Below are positions 1 through 10,103 of a stretch of DNA of 64,000 bases, in pieces. A program made the translations under genes and the position numbers. Source of the stretch: a virus (Duplodnaviria > Caudoviricetes); the IMG/VR virus record IMGVR_UViG_3300020048_000137, positions 546 to 64,545 of that record. One strand, 5' to 3'. Positions within the stretch are counted from its first letter, which is position 1; every line of letters starts with the position of its first letter. Below the pieces are notes generated by a model. It worked only from the letters and a program-made list of their open reading frames with translations, was not told where the DNA came from and did not search any database.

Positions 1-449
1 CAGGTAGCCATCAGCCGATCACATGATACACCCAAGCAATGCGGATTCTGCGGAGAGTTCGCCAGTATGTGGGATTCTATTGGATGAGCGTCAAAGTGCA
101 TACACCGCTACCAGCGGGTGCCAGCAATGATGAAGTTTGTGGCCGTGCTATAATTCCAGCTAGCTAACCCCGTCGTTTACTCGACGGGGTTTTTATTTTA
201 CCCGGTTCAAATAACGCAACTATTTCGCATTTGAAGTAAATTTGCGCTTGCAACAAAACCATTTTAGTGGTTATCTCGCGTTATCCAACAACCCGACACG
301 CCCCCCTCGCGGCATTGTAGCGCATGTAAAAGTCAGGTTGGAGACAGGAAGCATTGCGGCGGGTTCTTATCCGTCACTTTCACCGACAGCTTCCCGGTGA
401 GTAACCAGCCCCAGAGGGCATCGACTCCAACTCCAATCAAAACAATACA

Positions 450-1784
450 ATGAGCACCACAGCACACCTATTCAGCCAAACTGATGGCACCACTAACATC
501 GACACCTGGCTCACTCAAGAGGCAGGTCGTATCGGCAAGGACATCCACAAGCACAGCTTGCACACATCTCCTTGGTATGACCTTATTCGTAAGGGGAACT
601 TCATGGCGGGCATGGGTTATCGCCAGTCCACGCTGATCTATGACCGCGTCCTCCCAAACACGGGGCAGAACGCCAGTGCAGACCAAGGCACTCTCGGCCT
701 CGCTTGGACGGCTCTCGGTGGTACCCTGCTCACCTCCGCCGCGCTCACCGACTCGCTCGGTCAGTCGCTCATCGGAGCCAACCCTGATAACCTCGGACCA
801 CAGGACGCGAAGTCTTACCTTCATTTCCAGCGCAGCATCAAGCAGTTCAACCTGTCCCGTGCGGTCATTGAGTCCCCGCGCCTTGATGTGGAAGACCTCC
901 GCCAATCTGTCGAAGGTCTGCAACAGCTCACAGCCATCGTTGATCTGATGAAAGAAGCAGTTCGCCGCAGCTGGGAAGAGCGCAACCGCGACGAGTATGA
1001 CGCAGCTTGCGCCAACCTCGTTCCTTGCCTCACCTCGGGTACGCCGATCCTACAAGTCATCGACGTGTCTGCTGGCACTCTTTTTGAGGGCGTCCAGACT
1101 TGGGCAGTGGACTTCAACAACGACTTCGTCACAGGCGGCACCGATGTGGACTACACCCCCACCGCTCACCTCTCTAACGCAGTGCTTGACCGTATTGCCC
1201 TTCGCCTCCGTCGCGAAGGTGCTAAGGTCAACGCCTACGGTATCGAGGACGGCAAGGCGATCTTCGGACTCGTCTTGGGTTCGCAGGCTTCGCTCTTCAT
1301 CAAGCAAGAGCCGGGCTACCGCGAAGACATCCGCAAAAACGCAGGTAAGGTGAGTGATCTCATCAAGCCCCTCGGTGTGGATGGTTCGTTCCGCGACTTC
1401 TACCACATCTGCGATGACCTTGCCCCCCGTGGCACGATCAGCTCCGGCACGATGACCCGCGTGTACCCTGAGACGATGACCAACGGCATCCTCACCACTA
1501 ACGCCGCGTACGAGACTGCCGACTACGAAGTCGCGTATGTTCTCCACATGGACGTGGTGGAGTGCCTAATTCCATCGCCGCTATCTGGTGCCGGTCCAGT
1601 CAAGTTCGATCCTCTCTCTTATACTGGAGACTTCAAGTGGAAGAACATCGCGAACGAGACTACCAACCCTGACGGCACTATCGGTTATTTCCGTGGTGTT
1701 CTTGCCTCCGCTTCCAAGCGGATCAAGACTCGCTTCGGTTTCGCCGTAGTGTTCCGCCGGACATCCAATGTCCCCGCTGCATAA
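450..1784 (+). CDS. Probable major capsid protein (444 aa)
   Basis: Size, phage-typical codon use, followed by a strong terminator and structural genes; would follow portal-scaffold if the genome is circularly permuted. No diagnostic motif, so positional inference. Confidence 0.7.
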   Translation: MSTTAHLFSQTDGTTNIDTWLTQEAGRIGKDIHKHSLHTSPWYDLIRKGNFMAGMGYRQSTLIYDRVLPNTGQNASADQGTLGLAWTALGGTLLTSAALTDSLGQSLIGANPDNLGPQDAKSYLHFQRSIKQFNLSRAVIESPRLDVEDLRQSVEGLQQLTAIVDLMKEAVRRSWEERNRDEYDAACANLVPCLTSGTPILQVIDVSAGTLFEGVQTWAVDFNNDFVTGGTDVDYTPTAHLSNAVLDRIALRLRREGAKVNAYGIEDGKAIFGLVLGSQASLFIKQEPGYREDIRKNAGKVSDLIKPLGVDGSFRDFYHICDDLAPRGTISSGTMTRVYPETMTNGILTTNAAYETADYEVAYVLHMDVVECLIPSPLSGAGPVKFDPLSYTGDFKWKNIANETTNPDGTIGYFRGVLASASKRIKTRFGFAVVFRRTSNVPAA

Positions 1785-1791
1785 TCAACTA

Positions 1792-1820
1792 AAAGGCGCG
1801 GGGTAACTCCCGCGCCTTTC
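1792..1820 (+). terminator. Intrinsic terminator after capsid gene
   Basis: Stem AAAGGCGCGGG / CCCGCGCCTTT directly after the stop codon. Confidence 0.75.
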
Positions 1821-1841
1821 ACATCCCCACACACTACGAAT

Positions 1842-2252
1842 ATGACAGTTGAAGAAATCAAGATATTCCCCCGCACCCGCACCGTGGAATCCACGGACTT
1901 ACTTGTGGTTGCCAAAGAGGATTCAAAAACTCCTCAGTCGGTCACTGTTGCGGACTTCCTTGCGCGTGCTCCGCAGCTTTTGAGCGGTGCAGGCGCGGTC
2001 AACCTCACCACAGAGGTTACTGCGTTCACAAGTACTGGCGCGGCGCAAGCGTTGACACTCGCGGACGGCACACCGGGACAGGTCAAGGTAATCATCCATG
2101 AGGTTGACGGCGGAAGTGGCGTTCTCACCCCGACAACTAAAACAGGTTTCACCACCATCACGTTTACCGCCGTGGGTGATTCCTGCGTCCTCCGCTATCT
2201 AGCCACTCGTGGTTGGATGATCGAAGCACTCAGAGGTGCAGTCGCAGCTTAA
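1842..2252 (+). CDS. Small virion structural/decoration-like protein (136 aa)
   Basis: Thr/Gly/Ala-rich beta-type sequence (LTLADGTPGQVKVII) directly after capsid gene. Confidence 0.5.
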   Translation: MTVEEIKIFPRTRTVESTDLLVVAKEDSKTPQSVTVADFLARAPQLLSGAGAVNLTTEVTAFTSTGAAQALTLADGTPGQVKVIIHEVDGGSGVLTPTTKTGFTTITFTAVGDSCVLRYLATRGWMIEALRGAVAA

Positions 2253-2266
2253 TCTGCCTAAACCAT

Positions 2267-2310
2267 AGCAAGCCCTCCGAGATTTCCCATCACGGAGGGC
2301 TTGCTTTTTT
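2267..2310 (+). terminator. Intrinsic terminator
   Basis: 13-bp stem AGCAAGCCCTCCG / CGGAGGGCTTGCT followed by a T-run. Confidence 0.85.
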
Positions 2311-2336
2311 GTTGGCATAACCTCACACTAACCCCC

Positions 2337-3530
2337 ATGCCTCAACGCCCCTCATCCGTTCGGCAAAGAACGACTATCCTGCCTACGCCGCTTGTCGCGG
2401 ATGTGATATTCTCGGAACGCGTTGTCAATCAGACTCGCGTAGTTCCCGCCTATGGCACACCTCACCCAAATACTGCGCGGTGGCCAAATCATAAATTCGC
2501 TTACGCACGGGAGAGAGATGAACCCGATTCGCAGGACACGTTTGATTATTTCTACGTAGCTGACAGGGCAAACCAGGATCAGTATAATTTCAGTTTCACA
2601 AAGGCCGACATCGGCGGTACGAAGTTCGACGCAGTGGCAAGGACGTATGTAACGCTCCGCTCCGCGTTCACGCCGAACACCCCCGCGATGGGAGCGGCGA
2701 TGCCCAACGTCCCCACGTCGCTGTTCGCAGGAACCTACGTCCTTGCAGAGAAAAAGCAGACCCGCATCGAGGATCAGGAACTCGACAGTCTATACGTGGC
2801 CGAGGTTCACGTCTATGTGAAGCGTTGCAACATCACACAACTCGGCGTCGATTCACTAAATGGTAAGACACTTACGAGTACCTCTACTCTCTACTATGCC
2901 TCCGAGACCGTGACCGGGTCAACCACCGCTGCCCAGCTTTTTGCCGATCCAACAAATGCTTACTGGGGGCTGCAATCAGACGGCACTCAGCGCACTGGGA
3001 GACAGCTATCGTGCGAATGGTATGAGATCACATCCGAGGTCATTGTCTCTGGCACCTTCACTGGCGGCGCGGTGACAATACGAACTTACGAAACTACGCA
3101 GTCTTATTATTGGCCACCGATTCTCAATAGCCTTGAGATCAGGCTGTGGAGTCGGAGAGACGGAGGCGAGCAAAGGTACGTGAGGCCGATCTTTTCCAAA
3201 GAGGGGTATCGGGGTGAGTGCAAGGCTGAAGTGGTGGACACGTTCCATGTCACCGCGCCCGCGATCACTGCACCGAGCGTGATGCTCCCCCTACCCATTA
3301 GCATCCAGAACCCTTTCTACGGGGTATCCATCGGAGCATGTCTTTTCGCTGGAGCCACTTACTCGTTCACGAACGGCACGGACGACCTGACATACGAATA
3401 CACTGTGGATAATTACACCTTCCCGGCCACTAGTCCCGTAACTTGGCCGGACTTCATCACGATCATAAACGTGCAACCGTTCCGAGGTGGTTACATGAAG
3501 TCCACCATAAAAATCTTCAAGCCCGCATGA
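2337..3530 (+). CDS. Putative virion structural protein
   Basis: Long ORF in structural operon; start moved to ATG 2337 (CCCCATG context). Confidence 0.55.
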   Translation: MPQRPSSVRQRTTILPTPLVADVIFSERVVNQTRVVPAYGTPHPNTARWPNHKFAYARERDEPDSQDTFDYFYVADRANQDQYNFSFTKADIGGTKFDAVARTYVTLRSAFTPNTPAMGAAMPNVPTSLFAGTYVLAEKKQTRIEDQELDSLYVAEVHVYVKRCNITQLGVDSLNGKTLTSTSTLYYASETVTGSTTAAQLFADPTNAYWGLQSDGTQRTGRQLSCEWYEITSEVIVSGTFTGGAVTIRTYETTQSYYWPPILNSLEIRLWSRRDGGEQRYVRPIFSKEGYRGECKAEVVDTFHVTAPAITAPSVMLPLPISIQNPFYGVSIGACLFAGATYSFTNGTDDLTYEYTVDNYTFPATSPVTWPDFITIINVQPFRGGYMKSTIKIFKPA

Positions 3531-4045
3531 TGAACGAGGAATTTCAAGCCTACCCACTCGTTGCGCCCGATCATGGCGGGTCATCTGTTGAGTATAGGGA
3601 GCGGTTTCGAGACGGCGGCTCGCCTGCCGAGTCCGGCTCTTGTCCCTTCGGTGAGATCATTGTGGTAGCGGGGGATACCTATCTGCGCGGCGGAACTCTC
3701 TACGGCGGCGATGCGAACAGGAACGTCGCAGACTACCTCATCGACCTAGAAACCGACAGCGAAATGCTCGTCTGGTTGCGGGTCGCCGTCACCGCCAACA
3801 CCGAAGACAGCGTTCTCATGCCCGGTCTGGAAACCTGCGCCGCCCCGACATGGGAGACCGGAACGGTGGCGGCAGACTACCCCGACAACACCGCCCCGGA
3901 CATCACGACGGGTGCAGGAGTCCGCATTGTTCCCCTCGGCATCCTCACCGTCGCGGATGGAGCGGCCACTTTTGATCGCACTGGTTGCGGTAACATCACC
4001 CTTGGCTTCTGCCCGCCGAATACCCTCAGCATCACCCGAGCATGA
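3527..4045 (+). CDS. Putative virion structural protein
   Basis: ATGA overlap with upstream stop and with downstream gene. Confidence 0.5.
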   Translation: MMNEEFQAYPLVAPDHGGSSVEYRERFRDGGSPAESGSCPFGEIIVVAGDTYLRGGTLYGGDANRNVADYLIDLETDSEMLVWLRVAVTANTEDSVLMPGLETCAAPTWETGTVAADYPDNTAPDITTGAGVRIVPLGILTVADGAATFDRTGCGNITLGFCPPNTLSITRA

Positions 4046-5211
4046 TTGAGACCGTGCAGGAATGGAACACGCGGCTAGGCTACTGCGGCTGCTGCCCGAT
4101 GCCTGTTTGCCCGGAGCCGCTGATGGTGTGCGAGAGTAAAAGCGTTACGACTACGCCGTCAGATATACAGCCCGTCCCAGATCCTCTGCCTGATGATACG
4201 ACATGGCTGACCGGGGGAGCAGGGTATGTCCCGTTCGAGGTAGAGGGCGCGGCTCCCGGAGATCCGCTTCCTGCCCTCTATGCCTCCCTGAAAACCACTC
4301 ACGAAAGCCCCACTTACAACGGCATATATGCCATATTCAGCGCGGAAACGGTTACTGGAAATTACACCGTGTTTAGGCATCTAAAGCAGACACTGGAATT
4401 AAATGGGCTCTATACAGAGCGTCTCCGCAGACAGGTCTATCTTTGGATTTCAGGGGCGTGGTCTTTGGTCGAGGATGTGGATAATACATCCCCACCCACC
4501 GATCCGAGATTCGGGGCTGGTTTTGCAGACGGGGCGGAATGGACTCGTGTTAGGGAGGCGGAACCGGATTGCGATGCCTTAACTCCGACTCTTTACCGTT
4601 ATCTAGGCTACCGCGACGAGATCCCTGACAGCGGAACAGATTTAGGCGACCCTTGGCCGTCTCCGCCCTTTGGAAATATCCCTGCAACTGAGTATTTTTC
4701 TGACTGCTGGATTGAGGGTGGCGATACAGAATATGAGTTGGGTGCGCCCATCTACCTCAGCGATTTAACAGACGCTCCCATAACGGATGAGTATGCACCG
4801 GGTGTCTGCGTATCAGCTCTGGATGTGGCTTGGCCAACTGTCGGGACTTATCCTTGTCCGCCGAGTTTTGACCAGTCGATTGCCTCCGCGCAAAAAACTG
4901 CTGTGCGCGTCCGTTTTCGCATCCCGAATACCCACCTCGGATCGAAATTTTACATCACCTACGACATCGGAGAGGTACCCGACGATGGAGATCCTTTTTA
5001 CGTCTCGCGAGACAACGTCCTCGAATGGACTGGTCCCGGCACTGGAGATCAGGACGATCCCTCATGGCTCACTGAATGGGTAGAGATCGACCCACCCGAT
5101 GCGCCGGGCGAGCGCCGGATAGTGAACATCCGTTACACCTGCTACTCTGGGACGAAATTCGGAGTGAAACCGCAGGTGATGGGAGAAGCCCTAGAAATCC
5201 CGGAGCCATGA
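4042..5211 (+). CDS. Putative virion/tail protein (389 aa, acidic, Pro-rich, N-terminal Cys cluster)
   Basis: Coupled ORF in structural operon; N-terminus GYCGCCPMPVC. Confidence 0.5.
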   Translation: MIETVQEWNTRLGYCGCCPMPVCPEPLMVCESKSVTTTPSDIQPVPDPLPDDTTWLTGGAGYVPFEVEGAAPGDPLPALYASLKTTHESPTYNGIYAIFSAETVTGNYTVFRHLKQTLELNGLYTERLRRQVYLWISGAWSLVEDVDNTSPPTDPRFGAGFADGAEWTRVREAEPDCDALTPTLYRYLGYRDEIPDSGTDLGDPWPSPPFGNIPATEYFSDCWIEGGDTEYELGAPIYLSDLTDAPITDEYAPGVCVSALDVAWPTVGTYPCPPSFDQSIASAQKTAVRVRFRIPNTHLGSKFYITYDIGEVPDDGDPFYVSRDNVLEWTGPGTGDQDDPSWLTEWVEIDPPDAPGERRIVNIRYTCYSGTKFGVKPQVMGEALEIPEP

Positions 5212-5396
5212 GCGATTCGCCAAAGCCCCTGCCCCGCGTCTCCGCGAAGCATTACGCTCCGCAGCCCGCCGCCGCGAAGGTGCGTTTCCGCGCCAAGGGC
5301 AGCCCGCATGAGGGCGATGTGTATCACGGGCAAAAACTCATCATCCCGTGCAAGGGGTGCGGTAAACATCAATCTACGCTTGCTAAATCACCATGA
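5208..5396 (+). CDS. Small hypothetical protein
   Basis: ATGA-coupled to previous gene; CxxC motif. Confidence 0.45.
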   Translation: MSDSPKPLPRVSAKHYAPQPAAAKVRFRAKGSPHEGDVYHGQKLIIPCKGCGKHQSTLAKSP

Positions 5397-5415
5397 CTAA
5401 GTATATCCTCCCCCC

Positions 5416-6402
5416 ATGCCCGCCACTACCTATGGTCAACTTCAGACACTCCTTGCCACGGCTGGGACGAGTAACGCCGGGAATTACCTAGAACCGGGGG
5501 CGAGTTTTGCGAATGCTCTGAACGAAATCGGGCCGCGTGTTTACGCGATGGGCTACTGGAAAGACCTGACGGAGGAGCAGGTTTATTTAGGGTCGGACGG
5601 GTATATATCTCTCGACCGCAACGCGGACTCGGTAATGTTCGCAAACATCAACAATCTGCCGCAGCGGGTGTTCTCGGCGTTCCACGATCTTTCCGCTCTC
5701 GGTAACACAACATTCCTTCCCGACAGATACGGGCTGGTCGATCAGAATTATCACGCGATGAAGCGCGACCTCCTCAACATACAGGAAGTCACATCCATTG
5801 AGGACGTGACACCTGTCACAGCACTGTGGCTTCTGACCGAGGGGGGTGATCCCGTGACAAACGTATCAATCGCCAGTGGAACAATCACAGCCCGTGGACG
5901 CACTGCTGGAGGAGTTCCCGCAAACGCAACGGTTATTGGGACAACAGCTCTGTCACTTAACTTCCCTTTCGGGATCACTTTCATCGACGAGATTGTTGGC
6001 ACTAACCTCCCCTTCAACGTGCATCTCTGCACTACTACGGCGGCTACCGTTGAAACTACTGTGGCCGAAGTTCATCGAGGCTACGACGTCGTTCGATACC
6101 GCCGCTTCCGCGTGGGCGGGGCGAGAGACTCCACCTATGTACACGTTTTGGTGAAACTTGCGTGGGAGCCTGTCTCGGTATCTACGGACATTGTTCGTCT
6201 CGGCAATATCTCTGCGTGGAAACACGCGCTTCTCGGCAAGCTCGCCGAAGACAACGCAGATGTTGAACGCGCCAGCTATCATTGGGGTGCGTGCCGCCAG
6301 CTTCTTGAAGACGAGGTCGGAGCAGCCCGTGGGGCTGCAATTCCAAAAATTAATATCGACTTGGCTGGCGGAGCCGCCTACCCTATCCACAGCAACTACT
6401 AA
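5416..6402 (+). CDS. Putative tail adaptor/tubular structural protein (328 aa)
   Basis: Size and position in structural operon; function is inference. Confidence 0.45.
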   Translation: MPATTYGQLQTLLATAGTSNAGNYLEPGASFANALNEIGPRVYAMGYWKDLTEEQVYLGSDGYISLDRNADSVMFANINNLPQRVFSAFHDLSALGNTTFLPDRYGLVDQNYHAMKRDLLNIQEVTSIEDVTPVTALWLLTEGGDPVTNVSIASGTITARGRTAGGVPANATVIGTTALSLNFPFGITFIDEIVGTNLPFNVHLCTTTAATVETTVAEVHRGYDVVRYRRFRVGGARDSTYVHVLVKLAWEPVSVSTDIVRLGNISAWKHALLGKLAEDNADVERASYHWGACRQLLEDEVGAARGAAIPKINIDLAGGAAYPIHSNY

Positions 6403-6406
6403 ATCC

Positions 6407-6697
6407 ATGACGAACCACACTTCAAAGCAGATGTTCTCCGAGGGCGGCACAATTACGTTGACCCCTGCGGGCGGCGCAGTAACCGGAGAGTTTTGCACGA
6501 TCCAGTGCATCGGCGACACTACATTCACCACGCTCATTGACACTGGGGCAATCGCGCCTTCGGCTGCGGGGGGTTCCGGGGCGAACCTCGCCTCCTCACA
6601 GACATATCCTGCGGGCTTCACTATGATGGGTCGGTTCTCAGTTATCGACGTTAACACGGGTGTCGTTCGCATCTCCTTAGCCGCCTCACGAGTATAG
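6407..6697 (+). CDS. Small structural hypothetical protein
   Basis: Start moved to ATG 6407; Gly/Thr-rich. Confidence 0.5.
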   Translation: MTNHTSKQMFSEGGTITLTPAGGAVTGEFCTIQCIGDTTFTTLIDTGAIAPSAAGGSGANLASSQTYPAGFTMMGRFSVIDVNTGVVRISLAASRV

Positions 6698-6701
6698 CAA
6701 T

Positions 6702-6839
6702 ATGATTACACTCGGGCTATACCTCGGACTCCCCGGCATCTTGGCGGACATTGAAGACGCCCCAGCGGTAGGTGCTTACGTCCCAACCATTGAGGGATAC
6801 GCAATAATAATCCAAGGATACTTAATCACAATCACTTAA
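6702..6839 (+). CDS. 45-aa hypothetical protein (not in ORF track)
   Basis: ATG...TAA fills the gap between 6697 and 6844 (MITLGLYLGLPGILAD...). Confidence 0.45.
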   Translation: MITLGLYLGLPGILADIEDAPAVGAYVPTIEGYAIIIQGYLITIT

Positions 6840-6843
6840 AAAT

Positions 6844-8790
6844 ATGGCAATTACACCTGGAACAGCCCTGACAGCATTCCCGATCCCGACAGCGGATACG
6901 GCTACAAACGCAGCTGATATACGATTAGCCCTAGGAGTTGAGGAGCCTCTTATCAGCGGGAATGCCCTGCCCCTCACACGCCGGAAAATCGCGACATCCA
7001 CGCAGACAGGCTCTCCCGCGCCGCTGCGGATCTGCCAGATGATCCTCGGCGATAGTTTCGCCACTGGACTACCCATCAACCGATCCGTCCAGACCGTCCG
7101 TGAGTTCGGAGATTTCACCTCAACGGTATCCGGCGGAGCAGTATGGGAAACAGGACAGCATAATCTAGCACCGAGCGGATCGGTTTATCGCATGTCCGGC
7201 TCCGGGCATATTGTCACTTCGAGTATCCTTCCGAAAATCGCCCACCGAGTTTCCTGCATTTACTCCACGGGTTCGGGAGGCGGCACGTTCGCGTTGGAGG
7301 TGAGGACGGACGGCGGATCATGGGTGGAAGTCCCCGGCGCGACTACAGCCAGCCCAATCAGCACGAACAACGGAGGTGCGGCATCCGCAGGGGTTTTCAC
7401 ATATGCCTACAGCGACTCTCGCCCTCGCGAAATCCGAGCAAAATGGGTTAGCGGCACATCCAGAGTGGCATACTTTGTCGTGTCAGATGTGCAATCCAAC
7501 TCTGGCACTCGGCGCGGCGGATCGTGCGAACACAACCTCGCCCTCGGTGGAATCACAATCGCAAACTACGCGACAACTCCCGATGCGATTTGGCAGGTAT
7601 TCCTAGACACGATCCTTCCTGATTTCCTGACTATCAAATCGGACGATGACTACGCCATCAACCCGATCAGTAGCGTTTACTCAAAACTGGCTGCGCTCCG
7701 TGCTATGGATTGGATTTTCCTATCCAATCATCCGACAGCCGGCTCCCCCACACAGGTTTTAAGTGCATCCGATCAGATCTTAAAAACCCTCGCCCTTGCC
7801 AATGGACAGGCGTTTTTCGACTGCCGCCGCGCCCTGCCAAACCACGCGGGGATCGTCGCACTCGGACTGACAACCGACAATTATCATCTCAACCCAGCGG
7901 GTCAGGATGTTTTGCAAACGGCCATGATGGATGCGGCGGGGCGCGGACTACTAGAGGGCGCGCAAATGCACCCCGTCGCCGTTCAAAATTCCCCTAACCA
8001 TTTCAGTGGCACGGGTGAGTTTTTGGTCGAGGGATACAACTCATTCCTAGATATTCTAGGGGCTGGAGTTTACAGAGACGGCACGAATCAAAACATCGAG
8101 ACATACTGGGGGCTGCGAATCCCAGTATTAGGGCAGGTAGTGGAAAAATTTGGAATCTATGGTCGCCAACTGTTTAAAAACGGGCGGCGCATTTTTAGCG
8201 GTGGAACGGGCGGACTTGGATTTGCTCAATCCGTCCACACCAACATGACTCGCGACCCTCACGCGGCGGTTGAATTCCATCCCGGAAATCAAAATGTTGC
8301 TTCTGCTGCCATTAGCGCACCGCCCGGTTTCGTAGGGGATGCTTTTTTCGGACAGCAAGACACCTTGTTGACCACCGCCGGATCGCGAGCTTGGGGAACA
8401 AACGCCTATGGAGACTGGGATTTTAAGACAATGCGCTCCGCCCCAGTCACGGTTGCTGGACTCGCCGCCCTCGTTAATACTACATCAGGCGGAACTATCG
8501 CTGACGATACGATGACGACGGGGCTGTATTACCGGATCGTATCGGTTGGGACTACCGATTTCACCACGCTCGGAGCTGCATCAAATACTGTTGGGCTGAT
8601 TTTCCAGAAAAACTCCGCGATAACCTACGGGACAGGAACGGTCGTCCTGATGGCCACGGCTACTGGCACAAATGCTTTTGTGACAGACTCGCTTGTCCCT
8701 CATGTCGGAAATTCCGGAACCGTTGTCCTTGGCGGCGGAGCAAACGCCCTGCCCGTTTACTTCAACGGCGCGAACTGGGTGATTTTTTAA
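6844..8790 (+). CDS. Tail spike/fiber with SGNH/GDSL esterase domain (648 aa)
   Basis: Block I ILGDSF, block V DNYH, last gene of structural operon before lysis genes. Confidence 0.7.
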   Translation: MAITPGTALTAFPIPTADTATNAADIRLALGVEEPLISGNALPLTRRKIATSTQTGSPAPLRICQMILGDSFATGLPINRSVQTVREFGDFTSTVSGGAVWETGQHNLAPSGSVYRMSGSGHIVTSSILPKIAHRVSCIYSTGSGGGTFALEVRTDGGSWVEVPGATTASPISTNNGGAASAGVFTYAYSDSRPREIRAKWVSGTSRVAYFVVSDVQSNSGTRRGGSCEHNLALGGITIANYATTPDAIWQVFLDTILPDFLTIKSDDDYAINPISSVYSKLAALRAMDWIFLSNHPTAGSPTQVLSASDQILKTLALANGQAFFDCRRALPNHAGIVALGLTTDNYHLNPAGQDVLQTAMMDAAGRGLLEGAQMHPVAVQNSPNHFSGTGEFLVEGYNSFLDILGAGVYRDGTNQNIETYWGLRIPVLGQVVEKFGIYGRQLFKNGRRIFSGGTGGLGFAQSVHTNMTRDPHAAVEFHPGNQNVASAAISAPPGFVGDAFFGQQDTLLTTAGSRAWGTNAYGDWDFKTMRSAPVTVAGLAALVNTTSGGTIADDTMTTGLYYRIVSVGTTDFTTLGAASNTVGLIFQKNSAITYGTGTVVLMATATGTNAFVTDSLVPHVGNSGTVVLGGGANALPVYFNGANWVIF

Positions 8791-8795
8791 AAAAT

Positions 8796-9461
8796 ATGAC
8801 CCCCCCACACCTAACCGCCCTATCGCTCGGCATACTCCTCGTGGCGAGTAGCTGCGCCCCTGCGCCGCGTGCGATCATCCCGCCCGCCTCAGTGGTGCGC
8901 GAGCTTAACGTGCAGCCCGTGGCTGAGGCGGGCAACCGCACCCGGGATGCAGTCCGGGAAAGCGGTAAGGCAAACGCCCAAGCACGCGAGGCGGGCGGGA
9001 GAGTCAGCGATGCAGCCCGCAGACTCACCGGGAGTATCGCCCGTGCAGAAGCCCTCGCCACCGCCAATGCGGAGATCAGCAAAGCCCTCGCTGAAACCCG
9101 CGCCTTTGCGAACGAGCTAGATGCAGAGGTTACGAGGCTCACCGCCGCCCTGACCCTCTCGGAGGAAAAAGACCGCATCGCCCTCGAAACCATCGACTCG
9201 CTCATTTCCGAAATCGGACTTCTAAAATCAAACTCCGCCGCACAGAGCGTAGAACTCCGCACCGCCAAGGTCGCCGAAACTACCCTCCGCAGTCAGGTAG
9301 AAGCCCTCGCAAAATCCGCCGAGCGCCTAGTCATCGCCGTGGAGAAACTGGCGTGGTGGCGCAAAGCGGCGGGACTCACATGGGCAATGCTGGCCGTGTT
9401 CATTATCATCCGCTTTTTCAGTTCCACCATTTTAACCTACCTCCGCGCATTACGACCATGA
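8796..9461 (+). CDS. Spanin-like lipoprotein
   Basis: N-terminal lipoprotein signal (LLVASS-C), long coiled coil, C-terminal hydrophobic helix; lysis cluster. Confidence 0.55.
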   Translation: MTPPHLTALSLGILLVASSCAPAPRAIIPPASVVRELNVQPVAEAGNRTRDAVRESGKANAQAREAGGRVSDAARRLTGSIARAEALATANAEISKALAETRAFANELDAEVTRLTAALTLSEEKDRIALETIDSLISEIGLLKSNSAAQSVELRTAKVAETTLRSQVEALAKSAERLVIAVEKLAWWRKAAGLTWAMLAVFIIIRFFSSTILTYLRALRP

Positions 9462-9619
9462 AGACGAACCCGCCTACCGCCGTCACTTTGAAGGTATCCA
9501 TCTCTTGTGCCCTGCTCGCCGTGATCTCCCTGTGTGCAGGGCAGTTCGTCCTCGCCTCAGTCTTCGGTTGCATCGCCGCCGCGAACCTCATCATTGGGAA
9601 TCTCAAAACCGGATACTGA
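9458..9619 (+). CDS. Small membrane protein in lysis cluster
   Basis: Two hydrophobic segments; ATGA-coupled. Confidence 0.45.
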   Translation: MKTNPPTAVTLKVSISCALLAVISLCAGQFVLASVFGCIAAANLIIGNLKTGY

Positions 9620-9620
9620 C

Positions 9621-10100
9621 GTGCAAGATCCTTACCACGAAACCCTCCGTCAATCTCCTAACGTGGGAGGCAAGATCGCGCCAAAGTTCATCGTCCTGCA
9701 CCATAGCAGTGGGAATTACGCCGGATCGGTGTCGTGGTGTCTTGATCCAAAAAGCAAGGTTTCGTATCACTACATCATCGACCCGCGAGACGGATCGCGG
9801 ACGCAGCTTGTTTACGACACGCGCCGAGCGTGGCACGCCGGGGTGAGCGAATGGAGTGGACTGACAAACATGAACTCCCACAGTGTTGGGATCGCCTTCG
9901 ACCGCGACACCAACACACGGACACCATCACCCACGGAGATCGACTCTTGCGCCCACAAATGTTTATACCTGATGGAAAAGTTCGGGATCAAAACGGAAGG
10001 AATACTCACGCACGCAATGATTTCACCGGGGCGCAAAAACGACACTTCCGCAGAGACGCACCAACTGGTCAAGGAACGTATCAACCAACTTACGAAGTAA
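9621..10100 (+). CDS. Endolysin, N-acetylmuramoyl-L-alanine amidase (Amidase_2 type)
   Basis: IVLHHS, SYHYII, AWHAG, SVGI, THAMISPGRKND motifs; probable GTG start at 9621. Confidence 0.88.
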   Translation: MQDPYHETLRQSPNVGGKIAPKFIVLHHSSGNYAGSVSWCLDPKSKVSYHYIIDPRDGSRTQLVYDTRRAWHAGVSEWSGLTNMNSHSVGIAFDRDTNTRTPSPTEIDSCAHKCLYLMEKFGIKTEGILTHAMISPGRKNDTSAETHQLVKERINQLTK

Positions 10101-10103
10101 CCG

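Noticed and set aside
158-200. GCTAAC followed by a hairpin as another attC
   Set aside because: Short perfect hairpin with T-tail and no GTT core or L boxes; better explained as a terminator
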